The position numbers and the translations under genes were made by a program. The notes below the pieces were generated by a model. It was not told where the DNA came from and did no database searches. It saw only the letters and a program-made list of their open reading frames with translations. A DNA stretch of 64,000 nucleotides from Cyanidioschyzon merolae (taxonomy: Eukaryota), in assembly GCA_000091205.1 (NCBI GenBank), contig AP006499.2; one strand, written 5' to 3'. The first letter of the stretch is position 1. Each line of letters starts with the position of its first letter. Of this stretch, positions 1 to 11,403 are shown in pieces.

Positions 1-1238
1 TCGAGATCGTGTCTATGGCGTCAGAGCGTGGGTGTAGCTCGGCGAAAGAAGGACGTTGACTTGACTGGATCGTAGCACGGTGCATAGGCTGGCAGGATTC
101 GCCGCCCGACGCTCGTGTCCGGGGTGCGCACGACCTGACCGCTCTTGCGTCATGGGAAGCGGGGGTATCTCCGATCAGGACAGAACAACGTCGTGCGGAC
201 AAGCTACGAGGCGGGCATCGACGAATGATCCGGTGGGAAAGGTTTCCGTGCGAATGGCGATTCATTCGCCACGGTACGTTTGAATCGCCACTGCGGCTGA
301 TGTCGTCGTCAGACTCGCCTATCGCTTTTTTTACGAATAGCGGTTTCCACGTCTTGGCATACCAAAATACCTGTGTTCGATTTCTCCCGAATATAATCTG
401 ATCGAGTACGACGAACACTCGTCCCGGTGGGCGTGTTCACGTTTCAGCGTGAGACCGATAGCGCAACGCGCGATGCGCTCTCATTTCTCTGAACGCGGCA
501 TTTCTCTTCATCAGCGTTCGTATCCAAGGTAGAGAAACTTGACATGCCGTGACTTGTCTGGCAGGTTTGCGTAGCGTCCACACTGATGAGACTGGACCTA
601 AGAGACTGTCTCCTGTTTGGATGGCGTTGTGTAAGTTGCACAATAGGGACACGGCGTTCAGCAACGTGCCCAGGCGACGTGGCGTTCATCCAACTGCGTA
701 TCTTAGCGTGACTGCTTTGTAGAAGAAACGCCATTGTCGATTGGACACCAAAGACGACATAAAGCCTCTCCATGGCTTGTCTTGAATCTACAGGATATAT
801 TCTTTTTTGCCGGATACCTGCAAGAAACATAACCAAAACATGCACAGGTATACAAGAACGCGCTGCTCTACGTAAAACAACAGAGCGCGCGTAACGCACC
901 CGATTTTTCTTCCGATGAACTGGAAACAGCATATACACCAATGTTCCGCATGCAAACATCCAAGTGGCAAGCCCAAGCTGGCCCTGTCACAGCACGCTCG
1001 CGAAAACTGCAGTTGCGTCGCCGATGCGGGTATGCCCCCTGCAACCGGGTATTCAAGGGACACCAGGTGCACAGCAAGCGCCTCGTCACAAGCGTACACA
1101 AAGCGACTCCCACACTTGCTTTTATGTGATGATTCATGCACATCGAGATCAGTACAAAGCGAAGCTCGCCGATGAAGCACCTGTCTTTGTCAATGCACGT
1201 CTGTCTATCGGTGTGTTTCTATGCTTGTCGTGAAACAA

Positions 1239-4200
1239 TCATCTGCGCTTGTCGTCGCTCGCTGGGCAGCGCGTGAGGCCGTAGGCGTACGGACCTCGCA
1301 CCCCGCCGTGCGCTCGACGATCCCACTGGCCAGTGACCTCTAGTCCAAGCGTATTCCGCAGAAAGTGCTTCATTTTCGCAACAGTTAAAACGTGACCGAG
1401 GCAACGGCTTTTCTGTCGTTCATACGAGCGGCTCCTTTCGGAGGTCGTCGAATCCTCGCAAGATGTTCCTGCAGCAGCTAACTCTGCTTTGAGCGCGCGC
1501 AAGCGAACAAAGTCCGTATGTGGTCCGAAAACCGTATTCGGTGTGAAACGATAGTGCTGCATCAGGAAGCGCGCGAAGCAGTGAAACGGTTGGTTAGGTT
1601 GCAGCGCTATCGCTGCCAATATCTCTTCGCGTTCCGCTACACCGAGCATGCTCGCTCGCGTAGGATTGCGCTGGCCTCCACGTCGCCGTTTCTGTGGCTG
1701 CGCTGGTTCCAGGGTCACGCTCTGCGCACTCGTCGTGATAGGCGAGAGCTCCCGACCAATGTCCGCAGTCTGGACACGCTCCAGCGGGTCATTCCATGCT
1801 CGCAACTGCTCGTTTGCCGTTGCCGATGCTTGTTCCTGGTTGGCGGCAGCATCCTCTGGACCAGTTACCCAGCGGAGAAACTCATTGAGTTGCTCGGGAC
1901 GCACTACACTCAGTTGCGAAGACGACCCCGAAGAGCGTCCGCCAGGCTGCATCGCACCAACTTCAGACGCTCCTGCGTCCGCACGTTCGATCCAGGAGGG
2001 CGCGTAGCCTCGTCGTTGTCGTTGTCGGCTTTCTGGCACCAACGCTGCTGCTGTATGTACACTGCCAATGCCGAATGCTCGACGACTGTGGTTACCATAG
2101 GAAAGCGACTGAAGAGCGTTGTGCTCGACGGTCGGGGCGAGCTCCTCAATGATGGTCGTTGAGCCCCTTGAAAAGCGATCATGAAGTGCGTATGGCGTTC
2201 CATTCGTGAAAGAGAACGTTTCCATCCCGGAATCGTCCGAATCCGATGCAGATTGCTCAAGCCACAACTGCGGCTGTTGCAGATCAATTAAAGACCACAG
2301 GGATCGGGTTGGTTGTCGCAGTACAAATACACGCCGCATGAGGTCCATGGAGTCGAGTGCTCGCGCTCGAGCCGTCCGCGAGTCCACCACCGGATGCGCA
2401 TAGCAAGAGCCCAGCGCGATACCCGCTTGCGCAAGCACTGAAGCTGGCGCTCGCCACGGACGATGGACGTAACACGTAGGCAGTGCGGCCAATTCGGGTA
2501 CCCAGCGCTTCACGTACTCACCATGGGGATCTTCTCTGAGCCCAAACGTGATCGGATTGACGATACACGCAAACGGGAACGCATCGGTGTGGCAGCCTGC
2601 CGTCCACTGCCACCCGAGCGTCTGACAGGCTATGTCCCCGTCGAGAACATGATCGTAAAGAAAGCGGAGACCATGCTGCCACGGAATGAGAAGGTACTTG
2701 GTCAGGAAGCCGGCGATCATGAAACGAATGCGATTATGCAGGTATCCAGTGGTACGCAACTCCCGAATCGCTGCGTCAATGATGGGATACCCGGTTTGGC
2801 CGCTTCGCCAAACCTCGAGCATGCTCTGATCGTTCCAGCGCCAAGGAAAGGCGCGGAATTCGGGCAGTAGCGGCTCTTCGAAGGCCTGTGGATTGTGAAA
2901 GAGCAGGTGATACGCGAATTCTCGGAGGCACATGTTTTTCAGGAACGCCTTCACCGCGCTGATGGTCTGTTGTGCATCTGCTGCATCGGTGTGGGTACGT
3001 GTGTTTGCCGCGAGCGCCTCGCCTGCTGTAGCGTGACGCTCACGGTTCAGGAGCGCATGCCGTGTGCTCCTTGGAGCCGCTTGATCGGTACCACCACGAC
3101 CTCCGTCGTCGTTGTCATCTGCTTCATCACCATTATTATTATTATTATCGTCGTCGTCGTCATCCTCATGATCGTAGAGAAAGTAGGTCGTGCCACTGGA
3201 GCCTCGTGGTCGGTTCACTTGAACCCGAAGCGGAAACATCGGCGCTCGCTGCGGCTGATAACCGGGAACTGCAGCAGTAGCAGTAGCAATAGCAGTAGCA
3301 TCCATGGAGTGAGGTGTTGCACTGATTCGGTGTGGCGACTCCAGGTAACCGTTCTGCTCCCTCGAATGCGCTGGTATTCCATTCCCTAGGGAAAGCGCGC
3401 TAGGCGCGTCCGACACGATGTCAGCCATGATTGCTGCATACAGCTGCCGCGGGCTAATCTCACCGAAACGAACATGCATGGAGAGGCGGCTCGTGCCGTC
3501 GAGCGCACAACGAGACTCTCGACGCCCGAATTTGGGATAACGCTCTCGGAGAAACCTTGACAACGTAATCCACGCTGCTCGCTCACCGACAAGCGGCCAC
3601 ATGCATTCCATCTGGGCACACCATTCCGGACTGAGATCAGAGACCAGCTCCAGCTCATGAATCTCGACATGGGAAACGCGTTGCCGTAAACCAGGCAGCG
3701 TCTGCAGCCTCAATGGCGCTGCTACAGGTGGGGGCGGTTTCGGGAAAGCGAGCCACTTTTCCATGAAGGGGTGAAACTCATTGAATGGCTCACCGTTGTC
3801 TTGAGCAAGCTCCCACGGCTCCACAAGAAGTTCCGATTTGAAGCTAACGAGTTCAACATTCCAAACAGCAAGGCGTTGTTCCAACGTTCGGTCCACTTCT
3901 GCGGCACCGATATCGTAGCAGCGGTTGAAGTAGACTGCGCTCGCATTCGTTTCCCGCGCCAGCTCCACAATGCTTTCCACGAGGCTCCCCTGCAGAACCA
4001 CCAGCCGCGCATCTTCGCCGTAGCGGTGCGCGAACTCCCGGTCCAGCGCCAGCAGCGACTCTCGCAGCCGCCAGCGCCCTGCTCTGCCAGGTTTACTCAT
4101 CCACGGCAGTTGCGGGTTCCAAACGTACACAGGAACCACCGGCATACCCGTTTCTGCAGCCGCACAGAAGGCAGCATGATCATCTATTCGGAGGTCGTGC

Positions 4201-4385
4201 CCCCGGTACCATACCAGTATGGGGCGCTGTGTCGCGCCCTGCGCTGCAGCCACTGCGAGCGCTGGTGTACGTCCCGGTGGCGGATGCGCGTTCACCTCCC
4301 GCCCCGCTTCGAGCAACGGGGAGCTGCTCAAAGCAAGCCACGGACACTCCTCTCCACTAGTTTCTGAAGGAGGATACGCGGGCAT
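1239..4385 (-). CDS. Cryptochrome/photolyase-family protein, 1048 aa from the first ATG, with a ~170-aa acidic/Asn-rich insertion and a ~400-aa disordered C-terminal extension
   Basis: N-terminal photolyase alpha/beta domain (ILVWYRGHDLRIDDHAAF...VVPVYVWNP). FAD-binding domain motifs TSRLS..HVRFGEIS, LREFAYHLLFH, TGYPIIDAAIRELRTTGYLHNRIRFMIAGFLTKYLLIPW, LGWQWTAG...DAFPF..IVNP. The ORF-track start at 4409 is GTG; the first ATG is at 4385 and the TGA stop at 1239-1241. Confidence 0.85.
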   Translation of the reverse strand: MPAYPPSETSGEECPWLALSSSPLLEAGREVNAHPPPGRTPALAVAAAQGATQRPILVWYRGHDLRIDDHAAFCAAAETGMPVVPVYVWNPQLPWMSKPGRAGRWRLRESLLALDREFAHRYGEDARLVVLQGSLVESIVELARETNASAVYFNRCYDIGAAEVDRTLEQRLAVWNVELVSFKSELLVEPWELAQDNGEPFNEFHPFMEKWLAFPKPPPPVAAPLRLQTLPGLRQRVSHVEIHELELVSDLSPEWCAQMECMWPLVGERAAWITLSRFLRERYPKFGRRESRCALDGTSRLSMHVRFGEISPRQLYAAIMADIVSDAPSALSLGNGIPAHSREQNGYLESPHRISATPHSMDATAIATATAAVPGYQPQRAPMFPLRVQVNRPRGSSGTTYFLYDHEDDDDDDNNNNNGDEADDNDDGGRGGTDQAAPRSTRHALLNRERHATAGEALAANTRTHTDAADAQQTISAVKAFLKNMCLREFAYHLLFHNPQAFEEPLLPEFRAFPWRWNDQSMLEVWRSGQTGYPIIDAAIRELRTTGYLHNRIRFMIAGFLTKYLLIPWQHGLRFLYDHVLDGDIACQTLGWQWTAGCHTDAFPFACIVNPITFGLREDPHGEYVKRWVPELAALPTCYVHRPWRAPASVLAQAGIALGSCYAHPVVDSRTARARALDSMDLMRRVFVLRQPTRSLWSLIDLQQPQLWLEQSASDSDDSGMETFSFTNGTPYALHDRFSRGSTTIIEELAPTVEHNALQSLSYGNHSRRAFGIGSVHTAAALVPESRQRQRRGYAPSWIERADAGASEVGAMQPGGRSSGSSSQLSVVRPEQLNEFLRWVTGPEDAAANQEQASATANEQLRAWNDPLERVQTADIGRELSPITTSAQSVTLEPAQPQKRRRGGQRNPTRASMLGVAEREEILAAIALQPNQPFHCFARFLMQHYRFTPNTVFGPHTDFVRLRALKAELAAAGTSCEDSTTSERSRSYERQKSRCLGHVLTVAKMKHFLRNTLGLEVTGQWDRRAHGGVRGPYAYGLTRCPASDDKRR
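3118..3152. repeat. Trinucleotide run (ATT/GAC, read as AAT/GAC on the minus strand) encoding the poly-Asp/poly-Asn stretch inside the cryptochrome insertion
   Basis: 'accattattattattattatcgtcgtcgtcgtcatcctcatga', read directly; translates to DDDDDDNNNNNGDE on the minus strand. Confidence 0.8.
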
Positions 4386-7300
4386 CACACATGCAGCGTC
4401 AAGTTCCACAAAGCACCGCTGACGTCCTCGTGTATCGACGGGTGCTGTTCGCGCGCACCTTGAACCTGTATAAAGCAGGTACCCGCAAGCACTCGGAACA
4501 AACCTACCACTTTGTCGTTACGAAGTCTACAAGCGACCAGTAGCGTACGACAAGTGTACCAGCACCCAAGTGCCTGCTTGATTGTCCCGGAAACCTGATA
4601 GCACAGAAGCCTTCCGTTTCGGACACCGGTTTGGAGGGGTCAGCTGCGACCAGCACTACGAGCACCACCAGATAATCGATCATATATGGACATTGAGGAC
4701 GTCGAGGTCGCGATGCAGCGCTGCTGCCGCCGCTGCCGCTGCGCAAGCGATCATCGACTGCCCGTAACACGATGCGTAGGATACCTATGTGCTGGTGCAG
4801 TGGAGGCTGCACGTGTCGGTTGCTATGGTCACGTCTGGTGCATGTGGGGCAATGAATTTGGGTGTAGGAATCGTGTATGGAGCCTAGGTTCTCCAAAAAT
4901 CTTGGACAAGTTGCAATGAGGGGTAACGGATCTAGGTGTCGTTGGAGGGTGCTTGGAGGTCATTTGTCGGGGTGCTTGTGTGTCGCTCCTTGAGCGCTGG
5001 CGTTCGATACATCACCGGAATCAAGATGACTCATGACGCTCTTGAACAGCGGTTCGTAAAATAGCTGATATCGTGATGCAGAGCATAGGTACAGGCCCCA
5101 GGCTTTTCCGTTCTTGATGTGGAGCGTGCTCGAATCGCGCATGCTTCGAGTTTTCTGTCTTTCTGGTTCATGACGGCGCATGTGTTGCTGGAAGAACGAC
5201 GAACAAAACTGGACGTCATGTCTCGGCAATTTGTTCACCAGCTCATATCGATCGTTCACTGAACGTGTCTCGTCGAATCATCGATGCCTTTTCGAGCCAC
5301 ACCTGCTTGGATCCTCGTACATATCCACGGACGACATTCCGCAGCAGCGTGGCATTTCTGACGCGGGGCGCTTCTGGAGGCCCCCGTCTGCTCGGTAGAC
5401 ATCTGGAATAGGTCAAGGACGCGCGCTTGAGTCATCGAAGCGACTGCTTCTGGTGGAGCGCAAGTCACCACCACCATCCACGAAAAAGGCGTAGACGGAT
5501 CGAGAAATCTCGATCTCGTGTCTAGCCTGGATTCTCCTTGCGCGGCTTGTTTCATCATGGGAAACACCACGTTCCAAAAAGATTCTTTATCAAATGGAAC
5601 ATCGTGCTTTTGCGTGTGCCGCTTACAGGTTACGCATCGAAGGCATCGCCCGGAACAAGCCAGGAATTGCCGTGGAAGGCACCAGAGGCGCCAACGAATG
5701 AAGACACCAACCAGAGCCCTCTGTAGCCGTCAAAGGCATGTACCGGGATGTGAAGCAAGCGTTCACCTGCCATAGGACGACGCTCGGAGGAGCAGAAGGT
5801 GCGGTTTATGTATTAGAACATCTGACCAGCGTCAAGTGTTTTCGCTGCGAAGCGCGCTCCGAGGCTATCTATATCGAAGATGCATATTGCAAGCGACGCG
5901 TAGATTGGAACTACTGCTTCTGCATGAAATGCGTCGACAGCATCCATACGCGGCGAATTCGGGACTGGAACGTATCCATCAATACCCTTCGACTGATGAT
6001 AAGGGGGCCGGAGGCACGCGAGAGACAGGCGTCTGGAAAGCCGATGAATCGAGAGAGACGAAAACGTAGCATTTGCACAAGAATTCCGCAGCGGCTGGTA
6101 TCGGAGACAGTGGCAGGAGTCCCAAACCTTACAGTGCGCACCTGCGTTACGAGGCCCATTCCGTCGGAAGCTCAGGCTGGTCTGGGCGCGTGCACCATGA
6201 TGATGATGACGACGACGCGCTGGTTGCCACAATGATGTTGCTCTGGACATTTCAGCTACAGAAAAACGTGCAAAACCTGATAACCAGCCACAGATGCATG
6301 GACACGAGTCAAGGCTCTCGAATCTTGCTTGCCATATCAATGTCTGCGAAAAGCTTGTACGAACACCGCATCTCCCGGGGCGAAGGAGTTCGAGCGCTGC
6401 ACATGTCCTCGACTGGCCGGGAGGCATGCTGCAGGCTCGCGACACCCAGACGATAGCTGCTGCTGCTGCTACTGCATGCGTTCTCGGGAACATCTTGTAG
6501 GTATATTTCAGCGCGAAACGCATGCGTCGACGCTCACACCACCTCCCTGTACAAGAGCAGAGCACTTTGACGAATAAGTTTCACAGCGTACCGAGGCCTT
6601 GTCCGGCGAATCGACTCGAAAAGCGCGCTTGTTTGCTCTTGCCCCGCATCGGATCGCGAGTTATCCAAGGTTCCGATTCTTCATGTTCGAAAGCGCTGCG
6701 CCTCTGCATGAGTTACTCGGGAAAATAGATGACTTTATACGGCAAACAGCGTCAGCATTTGATTTGTCTAGGACGAGGTCTGCAAACGACACCTGCGTGG
6801 ATGTCACTGCAAGCGCAGCGTTACAAACCTCAACAGCTTCTGGTACCGGCAAGTGAGCGCCCCAGGGCCAACACAGCTGGTTCACGGCTCTCGTTATCCA
6901 AGCATACAGCAGGACGCTTCCGCCCCACACGAGTGATTGCATGCAAAGTACAGCACAGTCACGATGAAGGCACACTCGTTGCGCTACTGCTTGCGAGAGC
7001 ACACGGCAGCAGGGCCAACCGTCACGTAGAACACCCACGCTTGATCAAGGAAGAGCACGCCGCATCGCTCGTGAAACCGGCATCCGCTACAGAAACACCC
7101 CAGAAAGAAAAGTTATTCTATTCACTGAAACGGATCGGATAAAGGTACGCCATCCGATCAGTGCACAAGCCAGCGTAGCGCAGCCTGGTATGCAGTTGGC
7201 CCGCAACGCGTTACGCATCTGCAAGGCGCATACCTGTCCGTCAAGGAAAAGAACACGCAGCAGCTTGTATAGCACTAGCGCAGAATCACCAGGATCCAGA

Positions 7301-7600
7301 CCGTAACAGGCAGCGTTAAACGTAGCACAGCACCGCGTGATGAAAGCAAAGCATCCACCACAGCTTCCGGTTTGCACAGCACAGGTGGTATTGCCGCTTC
7401 TGCGAAGACGCCCAGTGCGTCTGTTCGCTGCCGCAGCTTCAGTGCGTCGCTATCCAGCACAGCGACGCTCATCTGACTCCTGCAAAAGACAACAGCAAGC
7501 CGAGGTGACATCGGGAACACCTCCCGCCGGCGCTCGTATTACTGTTAATTCGTTATGCTGTCCTGCAAAACACCAACCAGTTGCAAGAGGCACACGCCAG

Positions 7601-8427
7601 ACGTCCCACTGCCACTAGTCATCAGCGTTCTACTGGGTCCGAGTGTCACCTGCTCAGGCACGTGTGCTTGCAACCCTGTCATTTTCAGATCTTTAGTACC
7701 GTACCACTAGTCATCAGCGTTCTACTGGGTCCGAATGTCACCTGCTCAGGCACGTGTGCTTGCAACCCTGTCATTTTCAGATCTTTAGTAACGTACCACT
7801 AGACATCAGCGTTCTACTGGGTCCGAGTGTCACCTGCTCAGGCACGTGTGCTTGCAACCCTGTCATTTTCAGATCTTTGGTACCGTACCACTAGTCATCA
7901 GCGTTCTACTGGGTCCGAGTGTCACCTGCTCAGGCACGTGTGCTTGCAACCCTGTCATTTTCAGATCTTTGGTAACGTACCACTAGTCATCAGCGTTCTA
8001 CTGGGTCCGAATGTCACCTGCTTAGGCACGTGTGCTTGCAACCCTGTCATTTTCAGATCTTTGGTACCGTACCACTAGTCATCAGCGTTCTACTGGGTCC
8101 GAGTGTCACCTGCTCAGGCACGTGTGCTTGCAACCCTGTCATTTTCAGATCTTTGGTAACGTACCACTAGTCATCAGCGTTCTACTGGGTCCGAGTGTCA
8201 CCTGCTCAGGCACGTGTGCTTGCAACCCTGTCATTTTCAGATCTTTAGTAACGTACCACTAGACATCAGCGTTCTACTGGGTCCGAGTGTCACCTGCTCA
8301 GGCACGTGTGCTTGCAACCCTGTCATTTTCAGATCTTTAGTAACGTACCACTAGACATCAGCGTTCTACTGTGTCCGAGTGTCACCTGCTCAGGCACGTG
8401 TGCTTGCAACCCTGTCATTTTCAGATC
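7601..8427. repeat. Head-to-tail tandem array, 92-bp unit x ~8.9 copies, each unit carrying a CACGTG palindrome
   Basis: The unit 'cactagtcatcagcgttctactgggtccgagtgtcacctgctcaggcacgtgtgcttgcaaccctgtcattttcagatctttagtaccgtac' recurs with exact 92-nt phase (cactag at 7613, 7705, 7797, 7889, 7981, 8073, 8165, 8257, 8349). Only a few variant positions occur (tagtc/agaca, gtaccg/gtaacg, gagtg/gaatg). The array ends about 200 bp upstream of the apyrase ATG. Confidence 0.9.
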
Positions 8428-8626
8428 GCTGCCCTAGCTTTCCTCAAGTAACGCGCTACCCCAAGGCATTCTTGGAGCGCCCCACGAGCACGAGCGCGCG
8501 ACATGTCCTATCGCCGCTTGACGGTTACGCAGCCAACGCGTTAGGGCAAGTGTGTCTCAGCTGGTGCACTGTCAGAGGGCGAGGCTCAGACGTGAACCGC
8601 CAGAGGGCTTGCTTTATGTATAGTTT

Positions 8627-10192
8627 ATGCTAATACCGCAGGGCAAGTCCTTTCAAAGAGGCTCCCGTTCAGTCTCTGCCGGCTCTCTGGACAGCGACAG
8701 CGGCGGTTACGGTCGAGGTGCAGTACGTCCCAGCGAGCGGCGAGTGTCGCGTTCTCGTTGGTCAGAGATGGTTGGCAGTGCCCATGATCGACACCAAAGC
8801 GGTTATAGGGGAAGTTCGAACTCTCTTCCGACGGCCAGTAGCCGGCAGAGCAGTGTCGACCTTGAAACTGGTCGTTCGCTCCTGGACGATGCCGACGAGA
8901 ACGACAAGGAGCGTCGGGGCCTCTGGTCCCTGGGTCTCGGTTTTGCGGCGAGCTCTGCGGCGAGTTCGTTGCCATCTGGTTCGGCTACATCGCTTTCAGG
9001 TACGAACGGAACGCCTCCCTCGACGAGCATTGTCGAATGGCTGCGACAACGCTCGCTGCGTGGCCTCCTGTACTGGCTTCTCGCCCTGTGTTGTATTGGC
9101 CTTCTGCTGGACTACTCGGTGAATCACCTGCTGCATCACAGCAGTTTCTTAGGAAATCATGGGCATGACTATAGAAACCGGGACATGTATCGACCCGACA
9201 GACCATGGGGACCGTTTGTTTTCGGGGTTATCACGGACATGGATCGATTGTCTGCCGTACCTCACCGCTCGAAAGCATCCAAAAGCGAGTGGATTGCGTA
9301 TTTCCGTCGAGGTGAACTGGAATACCGTGTACACGACGCTCGTGGAAACCGATCAGCTGAAGGTGTTTGGACTATCCGCTGGCACGAGCCTGCTCCCGGT
9401 GTTCGCTTGACAACGCAACTGAGCGAGGCCGGACGCGGTATGGAACTCAGCGAACTCGTTTACTGGCGAGGACGTTATCTGACGCCCTGCGATCGCACCG
9501 GCATCGTGTACGAAATTCTGAACGCTCGCTTACCGAAACCCTATGTAGCATCGCGTTACGTGCTCGCTACCGGTGACGGTGAACACGCGAAAGGTTTCAA
9601 AGCGGAGTGGATGACCGTTCAGCATGGTGCACTATTCATTGGCGGACACGGCCGCGAAACCACGGATGCACACAACGGCACTCATGTGGTGAACGACGAT
9701 GCGCTCTGGGTGAAACGCATCGCTCCAGATGGTGTAGCGTTCGTGGAGCACCTCAACTGGACGAACCGTTATGAACGGCTACGTCGAGCAGCGGGCACCG
9801 CATTTCCGGGCTACCTGGAACACGAAGCGGTTGTCTGGAGTGAACGACGCTCCCAGTGGCTCTTTCTTCCACGACGGTTCAGCGTCGAGCCATATGATGA
9901 ACGAGCAAACGAATTTCGCGGTTGGAATGGTTATCTTTTAGCAGATGAGAACTTTCAGAGCATTCAGCTCAAACACCTGAATGTTCGTGTCGATGGTGAG
10001 CGCGGCTTCTCGTCTGTGAAGTTTCTGCCGTTTACCGGTGACCGGCTTGCCATTGCGTTGCGAACGATCGAACACGAGGACGAGGGTGTGTATCGAACGT
10101 ATCTGACAGTGTTCCAGGTCGACGATGGTCGCGTCCTCTTGGCCGATACGCCAGTCGGTGAGCACAAGTACGAAGGCATTGAATTTTTATAA
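8627..10192 (+). CDS. Calcium-activated nucleotidase / apyrase (CANT1 family), type-II membrane topology
   Basis: ATG at 8627, TAA at 10190-10192. The apyrase domain has [24 protein letters not shown] (compare CANT1 [23 protein letters not shown]), [27 protein letters not shown] and WVKRIAPDG. The N-terminus is a Ser-rich cytosolic region followed by a TM helix ([19 protein letters not shown]). Confidence 0.85.
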   Translation: [521 protein letters not shown]

Positions 10193-11403
10193 GTAGCGGA
10201 AGCACAGCGTCATCCTGTTCGCCTGTTTGTCTGTCTGTTTCCACGTCTATTAGTACGCGTATGCGTTGATATGTACGTGTTGAGGTTGCGGGCGTGGCTC
10301 TCCCAGCGAGCGCAAACAGGACCTGGTGCTTCGCAGGTAAGCGGCAACACCGCTCGCGTATCACTGTGTTGGCGGTGCCGGCTGCGTCCCTGCTGATATC
10401 CAGTTTTTAAACAAAAATCAAACCAGATCGTACAGTCTACCTCAACCGGATCATAAACCGCTTTTGAACGAAAACTTACCAGTCGCTCGAATAGGTGCCC
10501 GAGTTCGTTTCGCGTCTCTGACCCAGGAAAGCGTACACGTCCATCATCTCGAGCCGGTTAAGGCCGCAACGCTGTCACCGCATCATGCCAAGCAGCAGCA
10601 CCTCCGATGGATACGCTAGCCCGTGCTTCGATCTGTTCCAGACACGTAGGCTATGTGAACGTGCCAGAAGCGTCGGAAACGCGAGTCTCAGACGCGCTGA
10701 GACACACAGGCGCTACAGGCACCTTCGTTGGCAGCGTGACGCTGACTAGTGAGCATGCGCTCGCCGCAGTGCTCTTGTTGCTGTTGTCGTCATCGTCGTA
10801 GCTGGCACTGCGCTCATTGCAGGTTGCATCAGCGAGGTGTATTCGACTCGAACTAGGTTTCGAGTGTGGTGTGCGGCACCAGTCTACGATCCCGGTACTA
10901 GCGCAGAAACGAAATTCGAAACACTGCGGCACAGCTGGCTCCTGGTAACGTCGCCTCGACAGTGCCTTTCATGAACAAGAGGCAGCCTTGGATACGCGTA
11001 CGAAACGCTGAGAAGCGGCCTCAGCGGGCACCTGCTGCGAGGTCGCGTCAGGCGGATGTCCCTGGTGTTGCTTGGCTGCATCGACACCGATGCTCAGCCC
11101 GATACGCCAATGCTGCCGGTGACTCAGAACGAAACCTCCGTTGCTCAGCAAACGCTCTCGGGTGCCTCAATCCTGGAATCGCGTTCATCCTCGAGCGTAG
11201 CGTTTCGGTTGGTCCAGTGATACCGCGGCTGCTGAACCTCGCAGAGGCAGTTCCCGCTATGCTGTGCTATGCTGCTTCGCGGGGGGCATTTCGTGCCCGA
11301 CCTGGACGGCTTCTCCGTAGCCCCCTAGCCAGCAGATCGCGGAAGCAACAGCAACAACGACGCCTCTGTTGAGAGGCGCTCTAGATCAGCGCGCCTGACG
11401 CAT

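Noticed and set aside
1518-2162. Plus-strand ORFs antisense to the cryptochrome CDS (214 aa, 119 aa) and similar antisense ORFs inside the UGGT, Sec24 and kinase genes
   Set aside because: GC-rich coding DNA commonly yields long antisense ORFs. These are Arg/Ser/Cys-rich with no family resemblance, and they overlap well-supported genes.
7601-8427. Possibility that the regular 92-bp array is a CRISPR array
   Set aside because: The units are contiguous head-to-tail with no unique spacers, and the context is eukaryotic (Sec24, RPL17 and UGGT genes). It is a minisatellite.
7581-8633. Series of overlapping 73-84-aa ORFs (MQEAHARRPTATSHQRSTGSECHLLRHVCLQPCHFQIF... etc.)
   Set aside because: They are translations of the 92-bp tandem array in successive frames, shifting by 92 mod 3. 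The same peptide repeats with the unit, and it has no coding signature.
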